64,000 bases of DNA. Origin: a virus. The notes beneath the pieces were generated by a model. That model searched no databases and had not been told where the DNA came from. It worked only from the letters and a program-made list of their open reading frames with translations. Below are positions 52,350 to 62,946 of this stretch, one piece after another. The position numbers and the translations under genes were made by a program. Position 1 is the first letter of the stretch. Each line of letters starts with the position of its first letter. Where the stretch lies: the IMG/VR virus record IMGVR_UViG_3300046501_000132, positions 32,001-96,000 of that record; one strand, 5' to 3'.

Positions 52350-55069
52350 TGCAATTCAAACAAGGCCATTTGGTCAAAATCCTAGGTTGCTCTTCAGCAA
52401 CTGAAGCGAAGTGGCTAGACGCGATCAACGCGGCTTGCGCGAAGTACCAGATCAACACAAAGTTGCGCCTAGCAGCTTTTATTGCTCAAGTAGGACATGA
52501 GTCTGGTCGTCTAGCGGCTGTGACCGAAAACTTGAACTACTCTGCTGCGGGACTACAGGCCACGTGGCCTAACCGATTCGATGCTGCTAAGGCAGCGGCT
52601 TGCGCACGTAACCCAGAGAAGATTGCTAACGTAGTTTATAGCAACCGTATGGGCAACGGGTCTGAGGCTTCTGGCGAAGGCTGGAAGTATCGCGGTCGTG
52701 GATTGATCCAGTGCACTGGTAAGTCTAACTATCAAGCATTCTCTCAGTCGGCTGGCGTAGATGCAGTTAGCAATCCTGACGCTCTAGCCCAGCCCGCACT
52801 AGCGGCTTTGAGTGCTGGTTGGTTCTGGGATTCTAAAGGCTTGAACAGTTACGCAGATCGCAGCGACTTCCTGACTATCACCAAGCGTATTAACGGTGGT
52901 ACGAACGGTCAAGATGACCGTGAGATGCTTTACAAGAAGGCTATCATTGTTCTATCGGATGAACCAACGCCCACTGACGAGGAAGCAGCAAAAAAAGCTG
53001 ATCCGACACCGGACACGACAGCACCGGTGTCGGAGGAAAAGACCCCCGCTGCACAAAACACCTCTATTGTTGAACCTAAAGCCGCTTCTGGAGATACCGC
53101 AAAATATCCCTGGAACTTCGTTACTGAGTCGCGTTCTGGCCATTATACAGAAGTTGACGACACGCCGGGTAGCGAACGGTTGAATATGACCCACCGTACC
53201 GGGTCATACTGGGAAATCGGCCCAACTGGAACATTCACTTATAAAGCGGTTCTGGACGCATATAAGTTGACCAAGGGCGATTCCTACGATTACACCGGCG
53301 GAAACTATACACAACAAGTACAAGGACAGTCCTACCGTCAGTCTTCTGGGGATATGATCTTCAAGACCGGTGGTAACTATTTCGTCAATGCCTCTAAGGT
53401 TCAAATGAATACGGGTATGTTGTCGGTGTCGGGAGAAATCAACTCCCCATCGATCAACTCTCCCATGTTTGGAGGAATGTCTGGTGGAGCGTCTTTTGGT
53501 AATCTAGTGGCCAGGGAATCTTTGGTTGCCTATGATCTGGTGGATGGCGGCGCACCGATGGTTGGGGGTGCAATCGGCTTCACAGGCGGATCAGATGGAA
53601 GTGGTAGTGCGGATAACCTACTATCCAACAAACTATCTAAGCAGTCTCCGAACGGAACCCCGTGGGTAACTAATGGCGTTGCTCCAGGGTCTAGCAGCTC
53701 ATCTAACGGTGGATCTGGTAATGGTAGTGGTTCGGGTAGCTCTGGGTCAGGATCAGGCTCTAGCAGCTCATCTACGCTGGGAGGCAACGGCAACGATTAT
53801 GATGTTCCTCCGGAAGCCGGAAGTTCATTCAAGGTATCTGATCTGGTGAAGGTTGGGGTGGGTGCTGCTGCGGCTGCCGGTGCGGTTATGGGGATCATTC
53901 AGGCAACTGACCCTGATCCTGTGGTTGCTAACTCTATGGCATCAGCCGTAGGAAATTTGAACAGCAACACTTCAGCGAAAGATAGTCAGACACCTGTGTT
54001 CTTGAAGCATGTATCGTTCGATAAGCCTACGTTGTTCAGCCAGTCTACGGTTATTGATACTCCTGATCCTGCGTTGTATATGAATAACTATCACACCATC
54101 GTTGATAATGACGGTATTGGTCGTTTGTATATCAGTAATGGGCAAGAATGGGTTCTAGCGGCTGAAAATAAGGAACTCAAAGACTATATTGATGAGAAGA
54201 CCGATGGTCTTGCTGAGGATATCATCAACAACGCTGCGGCTCAAACCCAAGCGATTCTTGATGAAGCTGAGGCTAGACAACAAGCCATTGAGGCTGGTCT
54301 ATTGGCTGAAGCGACTGCACGTGGTGCGGCTGTAACGGCGGAAGCCACTGCCCGTCAAAACGAAGATGAATCATTGTCTAATCGTATTTTGACTCTGACA
54401 GCTTCTGTGGATGATAATGCTGCGGCGATTCAAGAGGAACAATCGGCAAGGGCAGATGCCATTACGGCGGAAGCGAATGCTAGATTGACTCTAGCAGCTA
54501 AAGTTGATGACAACACAGCGTCCATCATCACGGAGCAGACAACAAGAGCGAATGCTGATGAGGCGATCTCAACTCTATTGACTGAAGTCACGTCAACAAC
54601 CAATGGTAACACAGCGGCTATCTCGTCTGAAATTACCGCTCGTACAACGGCTGACTCTGCGTTGTCGAGTCGGATTGATGCGGTTGTTGCTACGGCTGGG
54701 GATAATACAGCGGCGATCATCACTGAACAAAATGCTCGGATTACAGATACCAATAATATCAAGGCCCAATGGGCCATCAAGACGAATGTTAATGGTCACG
54801 TATCTGGTATTGCTTTGGTGAACGATCTGATCAACGGCAATCCAACATCTTCGTTCACGGTATCAGCGGATGTGTTTAAGTTGGTTAAACCAGGCGCCCC
54901 AACTACGGTGGCGACTCCGTTTAGTGTTGATTCTAGTGGTAATGCAGTTTTTGGTGGGATGCTTACAGTCAAGTCTGCCGCGTCTGGACAGAGAACTGAG
55001 ATCGACAATAGTAGCATTCGAGTCTATGACTCTGCTGGTACTTTGCGAGTTAGATTGGGAGTTTGGTGA
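52349..55069 (+). CDS. Chimeric tail spike: GH19 lysozyme + gp5 C-terminal region + coiled coil + J-like tip
   Basis: AQVGHES, YRGRGLIQ, TKRINGG; ESRSGHYTEVDDTPGSERL..HRTGS; EATAR repeats; NGHVSGI...RVRLGVW. Confidence 0.85.
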   Translation: MQFKQGHLVKILGCSSATEAKWLDAINAACAKYQINTKLRLAAFIAQVGHESGRLAAVTENLNYSAAGLQATWPNRFDAAKAAACARNPEKIANVVYSNRMGNGSEASGEGWKYRGRGLIQCTGKSNYQAFSQSAGVDAVSNPDALAQPALAALSAGWFWDSKGLNSYADRSDFLTITKRINGGTNGQDDREMLYKKAIIVLSDEPTPTDEEAAKKADPTPDTTAPVSEEKTPAAQNTSIVEPKAASGDTAKYPWNFVTESRSGHYTEVDDTPGSERLNMTHRTGSYWEIGPTGTFTYKAVLDAYKLTKGDSYDYTGGNYTQQVQGQSYRQSSGDMIFKTGGNYFVNASKVQMNTGMLSVSGEINSPSINSPMFGGMSGGASFGNLVARESLVAYDLVDGGAPMVGGAIGFTGGSDGSGSADNLLSNKLSKQSPNGTPWVTNGVAPGSSSSSNGGSGNGSGSGSSGSGSGSSSSSTLGGNGNDYDVPPEAGSSFKVSDLVKVGVGAAAAAGAVMGIIQATDPDPVVANSMASAVGNLNSNTSAKDSQTPVFLKHVSFDKPTLFSQSTVIDTPDPALYMNNYHTIVDNDGIGRLYISNGQEWVLAAENKELKDYIDEKTDGLAEDIINNAAAQTQAILDEAEARQQAIEAGLLAEATARGAAVTAEATARQNEDESLSNRILTLTASVDDNAAAIQEEQSARADAITAEANARLTLAAKVDDNTASIITEQTTRANADEAISTLLTEVTSTTNGNTAAISSEITARTTADSALSSRIDAVVATAGDNTAAIITEQNARITDTNNIKAQWAIKTNVNGHVSGIALVNDLINGNPTSSFTVSADVFKLVKPGAPTTVATPFSVDSSGNAVFGGMLTVKSAASGQRTEIDNSSIRVYDSAGTLRVRLGVW

Positions 55070-55377
55070 TGGGAATTGGTTTGGAGGTATATAACGCCAG
55101 CGGTCAAAGAACTTTGGCTACTGGCGACTACCTTCCTCGTTTTTTGGGGAAGTTCTTTATTAACAGTACGCCAGGGTCAGTTGTTGATGGTAACTTATCT
55201 ACCCCCGGCACGGTTCCATTTTTTATGTTCTTCCCTGGTAACTCAGCAGGATTCAAAACCAATGCAATCAATTGTCCATATATTACCATATCTGGAAATA
55301 CGATTAGTTGGAATTGGGCTGATGATGGCAATACTGCTTATCATATGGGTGGGATCGTGATTTATGGATTACGGTAA
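55069..55377 (+). CDS. Tail-tip accessory protein
   Basis: GLEVYNASG N-terminus typical of genes following J-like fibres. Confidence 0.65.
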   Translation: MGIGLEVYNASGQRTLATGDYLPRFLGKFFINSTPGSVVDGNLSTPGTVPFFMFFPGNSAGFKTNAINCPYITISGNTISWNWADDGNTAYHMGGIVIYGLR

Positions 55378-56130
55378 GTAGACATTGGTTACATCAACTG
55401 CAAATAGATTGCCGCCGACTGGCTGTTGTCGATTAATAGAAGTTGATGTGGCGGCCCAAGTGGGATCATACGCACCGGTTGCCACTCCGGGAACCGAAGC
55501 GGCGTTGTTAATGTAGATAGTTTGCATCCACTGTCTACCATCAACACCTGTGTATGGGTCAGCGGTGACGTATGATTTAGGATTATCAAATGCCGCGGCT
55601 AATTTCTGTCCAGCAAATGTTCCGTCGATATTATATGTACCAACTCCATATCCATCAACTGGAGTACCATACGGAATACTAGCAAAACCGATGATTCTCA
55701 TCGGTTCGTAGTCCGAACTGAATGTGACCCGCCCTGTAGCATCGTAAGTGACCAACCCATATGCCGGAGCAATATTTGGTTGGACGTCATACACGTAATA
55801 GGATACGGCAGCGCCCCACCCAGCTGGCGTTTGAGAAGAAACCCAGAACTCATGAAGATAACGACCTGGATTTTCAATATCATCACCTTCGCTTCTTGAG
55901 ATAACTGAACACGCCCCATTTTGGTATCCGTAATAACCATTCGAATACGCAACTACCATGATTGGAGCAGTCCAGCCAGTATTGGTGAATGTGACTTTGC
56001 GGATATTCACCGGAGGTGTTGCTGAAGCTGGGAAGTTAATATATCCACGAGAGACTAGAACGTAATTTGTAAATTGTGAGTCGATCTGGATCGTTCCATT
56101 ACTGTTATAAACCTGTAGTGCTGCTGGCAT
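55369..56130 (-). CDS. Putative receptor-binding/tail-tip protein on the opposite strand
   Basis: ALQVYNSNGTIQIDS, YGLVTYDATGRVTFSS motifs. Confidence 0.65.
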   Translation of the reverse strand: MPAALQVYNSNGTIQIDSQFTNYVLVSRGYINFPASATPPVNIRKVTFTNTGWTAPIMVVAYSNGYYGYQNGACSVISRSEGDDIENPGRYLHEFWVSSQTPAGWGAAVSYYVYDVQPNIAPAYGLVTYDATGRVTFSSDYEPMRIIGFASIPYGTPVDGYGVGTYNIDGTFAGQKLAAAFDNPKSYVTADPYTGVDGRQWMQTIYINNAASVPGVATGAYDPTWAATSTSINRQQPVGGNLFAVDVTNVYLP

Positions 56131-56201
56131 TCAAATGCTCCGATAAATAATAGTGTTACCAATGAAGTATTTAATATCTATAACACGAGGTTGGAGGCGA
56201 T

Positions 56202-56648
56202 ATGGTTACGGTTGCTTTTTATAAAGGGCGTGGCTCAGCCTGGGATAACTTTTGGGCTGATTTGATCAGATGGTGGACCGGTGGTCCATATTCCCACGTT
56301 GAGGTAATTACAAAGACTAATGCGGAAGGTCAATCATTCTGCTACTCGTCTGTCTTCAAAGAGAAGGGCATTCGAGGTAAGTGGAGAGATTTGGCTGTTG
56401 GTGATTGGGACTTCGTTGATGTGGATGTAGATCCACTGCAGGTAGAAGCCTGGTTCGTTGCACACGCTGGGGCTAAATACGATTTGCTTGGTCTTCTTGG
56501 CTTTGTCTTCCGACGCGAAGAATATGACCACAATAAATACTTTTGTTCCGAGGCAGTAGCAGATGCTATTGGACTTGGGGAGGGTTGGAGATACGATCCT
56601 AATGCCCTCAAACCTATTGTTGATTTTCTTTCAAAATACAAGGATTAA
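56202..56648 (+). CDS. Permuted NlpC/P60 papain-like protein
   Basis: GPYSHVE, GAKYD, YFCSE (His before Cys). Confidence 0.8.
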   Translation: MVTVAFYKGRGSAWDNFWADLIRWWTGGPYSHVEVITKTNAEGQSFCYSSVFKEKGIRGKWRDLAVGDWDFVDVDVDPLQVEAWFVAHAGAKYDLLGLLGFVFRREEYDHNKYFCSEAVADAIGLGEGWRYDPNALKPIVDFLSKYKD

Positions 56649-56650
56649 AA

Positions 56651-57022
56651 ATGGCACGTTTTGAACCCACTGACCTAGCCCATAAAGAGGCACTAAAGGC
56701 TCGCGCAGAAAAGCTGAAACCCAATGCTTTCAATCTAGTGGCTACGGCACGCGGCTGGGAACAGTCTCGCCCCAATGGCACTCTAGAACTATTGGTTTGT
56801 TTCGCAGGTCTAGATGAACTGCTAGGCGATAATGCCCCGGCTGAAGTTGTGGGTGAGCCTGTTGAGGTTGTAGTTCCTACTGTGGTTGAGGAAACCGCTA
56901 AAGAGACGGTAGTTGACGCCACCCCTCCGGTAGAAACCAAGCCTGCTGAAGTAGTGAAGGCTCCGGCTAAGAAGACTGGCGGGCGTCCAAAGAAGGTTGT
57001 TGAAGATAAGGCGGCTGAATAA
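56651..57022 (+). CDS. Hypothetical protein
   Basis: AAGGA RBS; VATARGW...ELLV motif, Val/Glu/Pro-rich tail. Confidence 0.65.
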   Translation: MARFEPTDLAHKEALKARAEKLKPNAFNLVATARGWEQSRPNGTLELLVCFAGLDELLGDNAPAEVVGEPVEVVVPTVVEETAKETVVDATPPVETKPAEVVKAPAKKTGGRPKKVVEDKAAE

Positions 57023-57300
57023 TGAAGACCGTATCTGACTACATCAAGCTTGTTGAAAGTGAAGGCGCTGTAAACACGGTTAGTTCTGGCGCTATTGCAG
57101 GTAAGGACGTACCTTTGGGTAAGGTTCAAAAGCGCAAGGTTCAGGAATCGGATGCTTATGAGGGTGAGAATCCTTTGGCTGACGCAGCAGGTGATATTCC
57201 GTTGCTGACGGTGTATGCCCCTGAGTCTCCTACTACTCAATGTGATCCACATCGCTTCCATCAGAAGCAACAATACAATAACGACTCCATGTCGTCTTGA
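57022..57300 (+). CDS. Hypothetical, possible internal head protein
   Basis: TAATG coupling; N-terminal YIKLVE motif. Confidence 0.55.
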   Translation: MKTVSDYIKLVESEGAVNTVSSGAIAGKDVPLGKVQKRKVQESDAYEGENPLADAAGDIPLLTVYAPESPTTQCDPHRFHQKQQYNNDSMSS

Positions 57301-57345
57301 TCAAAATCCCTCAGAGAAATCTGGGGGATTTTTCATTTACCATGG

Positions 57346-57374
57346 TTTACTTTCCATACTAAACATACTATAAT
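57346..57374 (+). promoter_or_regulatory. Sigma70/early-type promoter for gp43
   Basis: TTTACT-N17-TATAAT just after a terminator hairpin (57304-57333). Confidence 0.75.
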
Positions 57375-57421
57375 TATCCCCTTAGATAATGGTTGGACCG
57401 GACAATATTTGGAGTTAGCGG

Positions 57422-60163
57422 ATGAGTGATAGCTGGTACACGAACGTAGATGTTCGTGGTAATAAGGTTTTTCTGCGGTACGTTGAAGGCGACCAACACA
57501 AGATGGAAGTCGTTGAATTCGGCCCTGAGCTGTATATTCGTACAAACGATGCTTCTAAAGCCGACGCAATGTCGATGCATGATGAACCCCTAGAAGCCGT
57601 ACAATTCCAAGATCACCGTGAGATGCGGAAGTTCATTGAGTCATATAAGGACGTTGATGGATTCTCTGTTTATGGTACTGAGAGTATCATGAACCAATTC
57701 GTGTCTAGGGCTTATGCAGGTGAAATCAAATATGACGGTCAAAAGATTCGCGGCGCGATTCTGGATATTGAAACTTTCTCGGGTGATATCGAAGTTGATG
57801 AATATGGGACGGTAAATCCTGTTGATGGTCCCTTCCCCGATCCGTATGAGGCGAGTCATCCGATCAACTTGATCACCGTTTATTCTACTGTTGAGAAGAA
57901 GTTCTATTCTTGGGGTCTGGAGTATTTCAAGGATCAATTCATAGGAACCTACGTACATAATCCTGAGCATGACCGCGTGGGTAAACTGAATGTGACCTAC
58001 AAGGGCTTCAAGGATGAGTACGCGATGTTGAATGACTTCGTGGCTTGGTGGCAAGTACAAGGATTCAACTATTGGTCCGGCTGGCACATTGAGGGCTTCG
58101 ATAATCCGTATCTAACGAATCGTATTGAGAAGGTTTGTGGAGAAGCAGCAAAGAAGAAACTTAGTGTCTGGAACATGATCAGCAAGCATACCTTCACCAA
58201 CGACTTCGGTGAAGAAATGACTGTGTTTGAATGGTTTGGTACTCAGATGCTGGACTATAAGCAATTGTTCGAGAAACACGGGTTTATGAACCCTGAGGAC
58301 AAGAAGCTAGACACGGTGGCGAGGCTGATCCTGGGTGAAGGTAAGGTTGACTATAAGGCTGAAGGTAATCTCAACACTTTGTATATCCGCAACTATCAAA
58401 AGTCTGTGGAATATAACATCGTTGACGTTGATCTGATCGTCCGGATGAACAACAAGAAACGCTTCTTTGAACTCACATTCATTCTAGCGTATCTATGTAA
58501 GGCCAACTATGTTGATACGCTTGGAACGGTAAAGCCCTGGTCGGCTCTGACGTATTCGATGCTTTGTGAGAAGGGACAGCGTCCTAAGATCAAGTCTGTG
58601 TATGAAGGTGACGTTCAGTTCGGCGGTGGCTTTGTTCGTGAAATGAAGGGCGGTCGGTTTCGTTGGGTTGTATCTTGTGACTTGAACTCTCTTTATCCTC
58701 ACTTGATCCAACAATACAACCTCGGTGCTGAGACGATTATCGAGCCTGAGGATTTGCCTGCTGAGGTTAGAGCACTTCCTGCCTTCACGATGGATGATCT
58801 TGTTAACCAACGAGTCGATCTATCTGTGTTGAAGAAGTATAACATTTGTATGACTGCAAACCGAGCATTCTTCAAGCGCGGTAAGAAGTCTATCTTCAAC
58901 GAAAAGACGCGGGAGATTTACGACACGCGGAAGAAGGTGAAGAAGCAGATGTTGGTCTTTGAACAGCAAGAGGTCGATCTTCAGGCTAAGATTGGGGACC
59001 GTGAACCGACTGCCGAAGAACAAGCGACACTGGATGACTTGGCAATCAAGATTTCGACATACGATGTCCATCAGCACTCGCTGAAGATTCTGATGAACTC
59101 GCTGTTTGGTGCAATCGGAAACAAGTGGTTCAAGGAATGTTTTGATGTTCGAGTCGCTGAAGGGATTACACTATCTGGTAAGCTGTCGATTCTGTGGATT
59201 GCTCGTAAGCTAGATGAGTATCTGAACAAGATTCTCGGTACTGGTGAGACGAAACACAAGATTCATCACGTATCGAAACCTGCATCGACGAAGCTAGAAG
59301 TATTGGGCGGTAAGAACTACGCGATTTATCAGGACACTGACTCGTGTTATCTGGATATGTCTGGTCTTGTGGACAAGATGTTCACCGCAGAGCAGCAGAA
59401 GGAAGACCCTGAGAAGATTGTTAATTTCTTGGATAAGCTGTTCAACGATAAGATCGAACCGTTCATCAACAAGTGCTATGAGGAACTGGCCGACTACGTG
59501 AACGCTGATGACCAGCGTATGTTCATGAAGCGAGAAGTTATTGCTACGGATGCAATCTGGGCAGCCAAGAAGCGTTACACGATGCTTGTTGCTGACTCGG
59601 AAGGCGTGCGGTATTGGCCGAAGATGTATCACAAGACGGTGGGTCTGGATGCGGTGAAAACCGAAGCCCCGAAACTGTGTCGTGAGTGGATGCTAGATTG
59701 TTACAAGATTGCTCTGAGTGGGACCGAACAGGAACTACAAGACTATTGCGCTGAGCGTAAGAAAGAGTATTTCGCTTTGCCTATTGAAAAGATGGCTAAG
59801 GTGTCCGGCGTGAACGGGATTGAAAAATATTCAGACCCTAACACGATGTACATCAAGGGTACGCCAAAGCACGTGAAGGCGGCGATCTGGCATAATCACT
59901 TGGTCGATAAGTTGGGTATCAAGGGTCTGTCTAAGGTTCAATCCGGAGACAAGATTATGTATGTTGACTTGAAGATGCCCAATCCTTATATGTGCGAGAC
60001 CATCGCCTTCCAAGGTAAGATTCCGCCCGATTTTAAGTTGGATAAGTATGTAAACTACGAAGCGAACTATGAGAAGTTGTTCATTGGTTATCTGAACAAC
60101 CTTATCAACGTAGTCAACTGGTCTGCGGTTCGTCGCGCATCGGTCATGGACTGGTTCGCGTAA
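57422..60163 (+). CDS. gp43: Family B DNA polymerase gp43
   Basis: DIET, YNIVDV, DLNSLYP, KILMNSLFG, YQDTDS, KKRY. Confidence 0.98.
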   Translation: MSDSWYTNVDVRGNKVFLRYVEGDQHKMEVVEFGPELYIRTNDASKADAMSMHDEPLEAVQFQDHREMRKFIESYKDVDGFSVYGTESIMNQFVSRAYAGEIKYDGQKIRGAILDIETFSGDIEVDEYGTVNPVDGPFPDPYEASHPINLITVYSTVEKKFYSWGLEYFKDQFIGTYVHNPEHDRVGKLNVTYKGFKDEYAMLNDFVAWWQVQGFNYWSGWHIEGFDNPYLTNRIEKVCGEAAKKKLSVWNMISKHTFTNDFGEEMTVFEWFGTQMLDYKQLFEKHGFMNPEDKKLDTVARLILGEGKVDYKAEGNLNTLYIRNYQKSVEYNIVDVDLIVRMNNKKRFFELTFILAYLCKANYVDTLGTVKPWSALTYSMLCEKGQRPKIKSVYEGDVQFGGGFVREMKGGRFRWVVSCDLNSLYPHLIQQYNLGAETIIEPEDLPAEVRALPAFTMDDLVNQRVDLSVLKKYNICMTANRAFFKRGKKSIFNEKTREIYDTRKKVKKQMLVFEQQEVDLQAKIGDREPTAEEQATLDDLAIKISTYDVHQHSLKILMNSLFGAIGNKWFKECFDVRVAEGITLSGKLSILWIARKLDEYLNKILGTGETKHKIHHVSKPASTKLEVLGGKNYAIYQDTDSCYLDMSGLVDKMFTAEQQKEDPEKIVNFLDKLFNDKIEPFINKCYEELADYVNADDQRMFMKREVIATDAIWAAKKRYTMLVADSEGVRYWPKMYHKTVGLDAVKTEAPKLCREWMLDCYKIALSGTEQELQDYCAERKKEYFALPIEKMAKVSGVNGIEKYSDPNTMYIKGTPKHVKAAIWHNHLVDKLGIKGLSKVQSGDKIMYVDLKMPNPYMCETIAFQGKIPPDFKLDKYVNYEANYEKLFIGYLNNLINVVNWSAVRRASVMDWFA

Positions 60164-60199
60164 ATCATAGAGAAGCCCGGAGATTCATAGTCTCCGGGC

Positions 60200-60228
60200 T
60201 TTACCGTTTACATTTACATAGGTATAAT
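60200..60228 (+). promoter_or_regulatory. Sigma70/early-type promoter
   Basis: TTTACC-N17-TATAAT. Confidence 0.7.
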
Positions 60229-60270
60229 GTAGCCTTACCCGATAACCTTAAAAGAGTAAAGGTGTAGAGA

Positions 60271-60867
60271 ATGGAAGACGTGTTGGTTTTGGAAGATACT
60301 GAAGTAAATGCTCGTGAGCGTCTGCTGAGCCTGTTCGATTTGTCTGACGAAGTCAAGGAAAATATTCTGCGAGTGAATGACGAATATGGTCCTTTCGGTG
60401 ATTGGTATCTTCGCGGCGCGTCCTTCCGCGAGATCAATACGCTTGAAGAGTTCAAGCGTCAGTTCGAAGCCGGTGAGGTGGAAAATTTCGTGTACTTCCG
60501 CCCCGGCGATCTGGTCTTCAATTCTCTGCACTACGGCAACCACCAAACTTTCATGGGTGGACTGTATATTCTGTATCGCCTGAGCACCGGTTGGATTCCT
60601 ACCGAAGCCGATATGAAGTGCACTGATGGTGCGATGAAGTATATGGAGAACTGGGGTTTGTGTTCCAGCGGCGAGCAAGACTGGAATAACTACGGGAATC
60701 AGGATGACTACCTGAAATCGGCTCTGGGTATCTATCAATCTGGTTGTGGTCGGACGTTTTATCGTCACAAGAACTTCGAAATGAACGCTCGGGAATATAA
60801 CACGTTCCAGAGCCTGGCGAAAGTTGGCGGCACGCACAGCAATGGTTGGGATATTGCTACCCACTGA
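60271..60867 (+). CDS. Hypothetical protein
   Basis: 198-aa ORF after promoter. Confidence 0.7.
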   Translation: MEDVLVLEDTEVNARERLLSLFDLSDEVKENILRVNDEYGPFGDWYLRGASFREINTLEEFKRQFEAGEVENFVYFRPGDLVFNSLHYGNHQTFMGGLYILYRLSTGWIPTEADMKCTDGAMKYMENWGLCSSGEQDWNNYGNQDDYLKSALGIYQSGCGRTFYRHKNFEMNAREYNTFQSLAKVGGTHSNGWDIATH

Positions 60868-60881
60868 ATAAGAAGGAAAGA

Positions 60882-62732
60882 ATGAGCAGTACGGATTTGA
60901 GTAAATACGTCCTCCTGGACGAACTTGATATGATTCTGCTCCGCCCCGACACTTTCGTCGGGGCGTTGGAAAGCAAGACTATCAATTCATATATCTTCGA
61001 GGACAACGGCGCGGTGCCGGAGTATCGGGATATCACCTACAACCCAGCGCTTCTGAAGATTTTCGATGAGGTGCTTCAAAACTGTTACGATCATTCGAAG
61101 CGGCCTGAAGGTAAGGCGCTGACGCGGATTGACGTAACTGCAGACCCGATTACTGGGACAATCTCCGTAGCAGACAATGCAGGCATTCCGGTGGCAAAGC
61201 ACCCGGAGCTTGGTATTTATATTCCTTGTCTGATTTTCGGAATGTTGCGATCCAGTAGCAACTACAACGACGACGATCAACGCGAAGGCGGCGGGCGTAA
61301 TGGTCTTGGTTCTAAGCTGACGAATATCTTTTCTACCTATTTCAAGGTTGAGACGTGCGACGGTAAGAACAAGTATGAGAAGACCTACGAGAACAACCGT
61401 CGCACCGAGTCGGAACCGAAGGTCAGCCCTGGTAAGACGAAGGGCACTCGCATTACGTTTGTTCCCGATTATGATCGCCTGGGTTGCTCTCTGAACGAGG
61501 ACAATTATGGTATGATCGTGACTCGGGTTTACGAGATTGCGGCTTGCGCTCCTGGGATTGATGTATATCTGAACGGTAAGAAAGTTGACGTAAAGGGGTT
61601 CAAGCCTTTCGTCAATAAGTTCGGTGATGGTCTATACATCGAGAATAATCACTGGCGTATCGGTCTGCATCAAAGTGCTGTGGGATTCCGACACATTAGC
61701 TTCTGTAACGCGACGCATACCTGGCTCGGTGGAACTCACGTAGACTACCTAGCTGATCAACTGGTTGTCGGCGTCCGCGACTATATCAAGAAGAAGACGA
61801 AGCAGGACATAAAGCCTGCTGATATCAAGAATCATTTCTTCCTGATGGTGGACTGTACGGTCTATAATCCCAAGTTCTCGTCTCAGACGAAGGAACATAT
61901 GAACTTGGCAGTTAAGGACTACGGTACATCATTCCGGTTCGATGATGCGTTCTTTAAGAAGTTGGTGAAGTCTCCGATCATCCAAGAGATCATCGAGTGG
62001 GCCATCAACCGTAAGAAGTTGCAGGACATGGCCGATGAGCGTAGGCTCGGTAAGGCTGCGGCTAGGGCTTCGGTCAAGACCATCGAGAAGTATGAGCCTG
62101 CGTCGCAACGAACGAATCGTGAAGAGTGTATCCTGTTCATCTGCGAAGGGGACTCTGCCGCGAATCCGCTGATTAGCGCGCGTGATCCGAAGAAGCACGG
62201 CGTATTTGCTCTGAAGGGTAAGCCTCTGAATCTGGGGAATGCTAAGATTGAGCAGGTCAAGAAGAATGTCGAGATTCAGAATCTGATGGCTGCATTGGGT
62301 CTGGAGTTCGGCAAGCCAGCTGAGAATCTGCGTTATGGTAAGATCGTTCTGGCTACCGACGCGGATATGGATGGTATGCACATCCGGGCGCTGATCCTGA
62401 ACAACTTCTATCACAAGTGGCCGAATATGCTGAGCGAGGGTAAGGTATATTTCCTGAACTCGCCTATCGTTCGTGCAACTAAGGGGAAGGATAAATTTGA
62501 ATTCTTCAATGAAGAGGAATTCGAGGAATGGATTGCGAAGCCTGGTAACTCCAAGGCTTCGGTGAAGTACCTGAAGGGTCTGGGTGGTAACTCTACAGCG
62601 GACTTCAAGAAATTCATGTTTGACGAACAATTCATGGTCCCGCTTACGTGGGAAGATGACCGAGACATCGAATTGCTGAATCTGGCGTTCGGTAACGCGG
62701 ATGATAAAAAGGTGTGGTTGGATCTTGAATAA
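60882..62732 (+). CDS. gp39: Topoisomerase II large subunit (gp39+gp60 fused)
   Basis: LRPDTFVG, GGRNGLGSKL, EGDSA, LKGK, DADMDG, YLKGLG. Confidence 0.96.
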   Translation: MSSTDLSKYVLLDELDMILLRPDTFVGALESKTINSYIFEDNGAVPEYRDITYNPALLKIFDEVLQNCYDHSKRPEGKALTRIDVTADPITGTISVADNAGIPVAKHPELGIYIPCLIFGMLRSSSNYNDDDQREGGGRNGLGSKLTNIFSTYFKVETCDGKNKYEKTYENNRRTESEPKVSPGKTKGTRITFVPDYDRLGCSLNEDNYGMIVTRVYEIAACAPGIDVYLNGKKVDVKGFKPFVNKFGDGLYIENNHWRIGLHQSAVGFRHISFCNATHTWLGGTHVDYLADQLVVGVRDYIKKKTKQDIKPADIKNHFFLMVDCTVYNPKFSSQTKEHMNLAVKDYGTSFRFDDAFFKKLVKSPIIQEIIEWAINRKKLQDMADERRLGKAAARASVKTIEKYEPASQRTNREECILFICEGDSAANPLISARDPKKHGVFALKGKPLNLGNAKIEQVKKNVEIQNLMAALGLEFGKPAENLRYGKIVLATDADMDGMHIRALILNNFYHKWPNMLSEGKVYFLNSPIVRATKGKDKFEFFNEEEFEEWIAKPGNSKASVKYLKGLGGNSTADFKKFMFDEQFMVPLTWEDDRDIELLNLAFGNADDKKVWLDLE

Positions 62733-62946
62733 TCAACTCGCAGCAATTAGAGCCATTCGTAAGCAGATCATGGTCCTCAACGGAATGATCACTAAGATTC
62801 AAGACGAATGTAAGCACGAGAACGTTACCAAGGTCGCGGGTTCCGATACCGGAAACTGGGACAGGGGAACCGATTCATATTGGGATGACTGCAAGTGTGA
62901 AGATTGCGGTAAGACCTGGCGCGATTGGAAAGAGGTTAGCTGGTAA
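62701..62946 (+). CDS. Small Cys-containing hypothetical protein (start uncertain)
   Basis: IQDECKH...CEDCGKTW; stop coupled to gp52 start. Confidence 0.6.
   Translation: MIKRCGWILNNQLAAIRAIRKQIMVLNGMITKIQDECKHENVTKVAGSDTGNWDRGTDSYWDDCKCEDCGKTWRDWKEVSW

Noticed and set aside
8750-57333. Shared GAGAAATC loop in many hairpins as a repeat family
   Set aside because: Explained by ordinary terminators closed with a GAAA (GNRA) tetraloop.
57422-60163. Intein or intron in gp43, nrdA or gp17
   Set aside because: Lengths are normal, motifs are contiguous, and no splice-junction signatures were seen.
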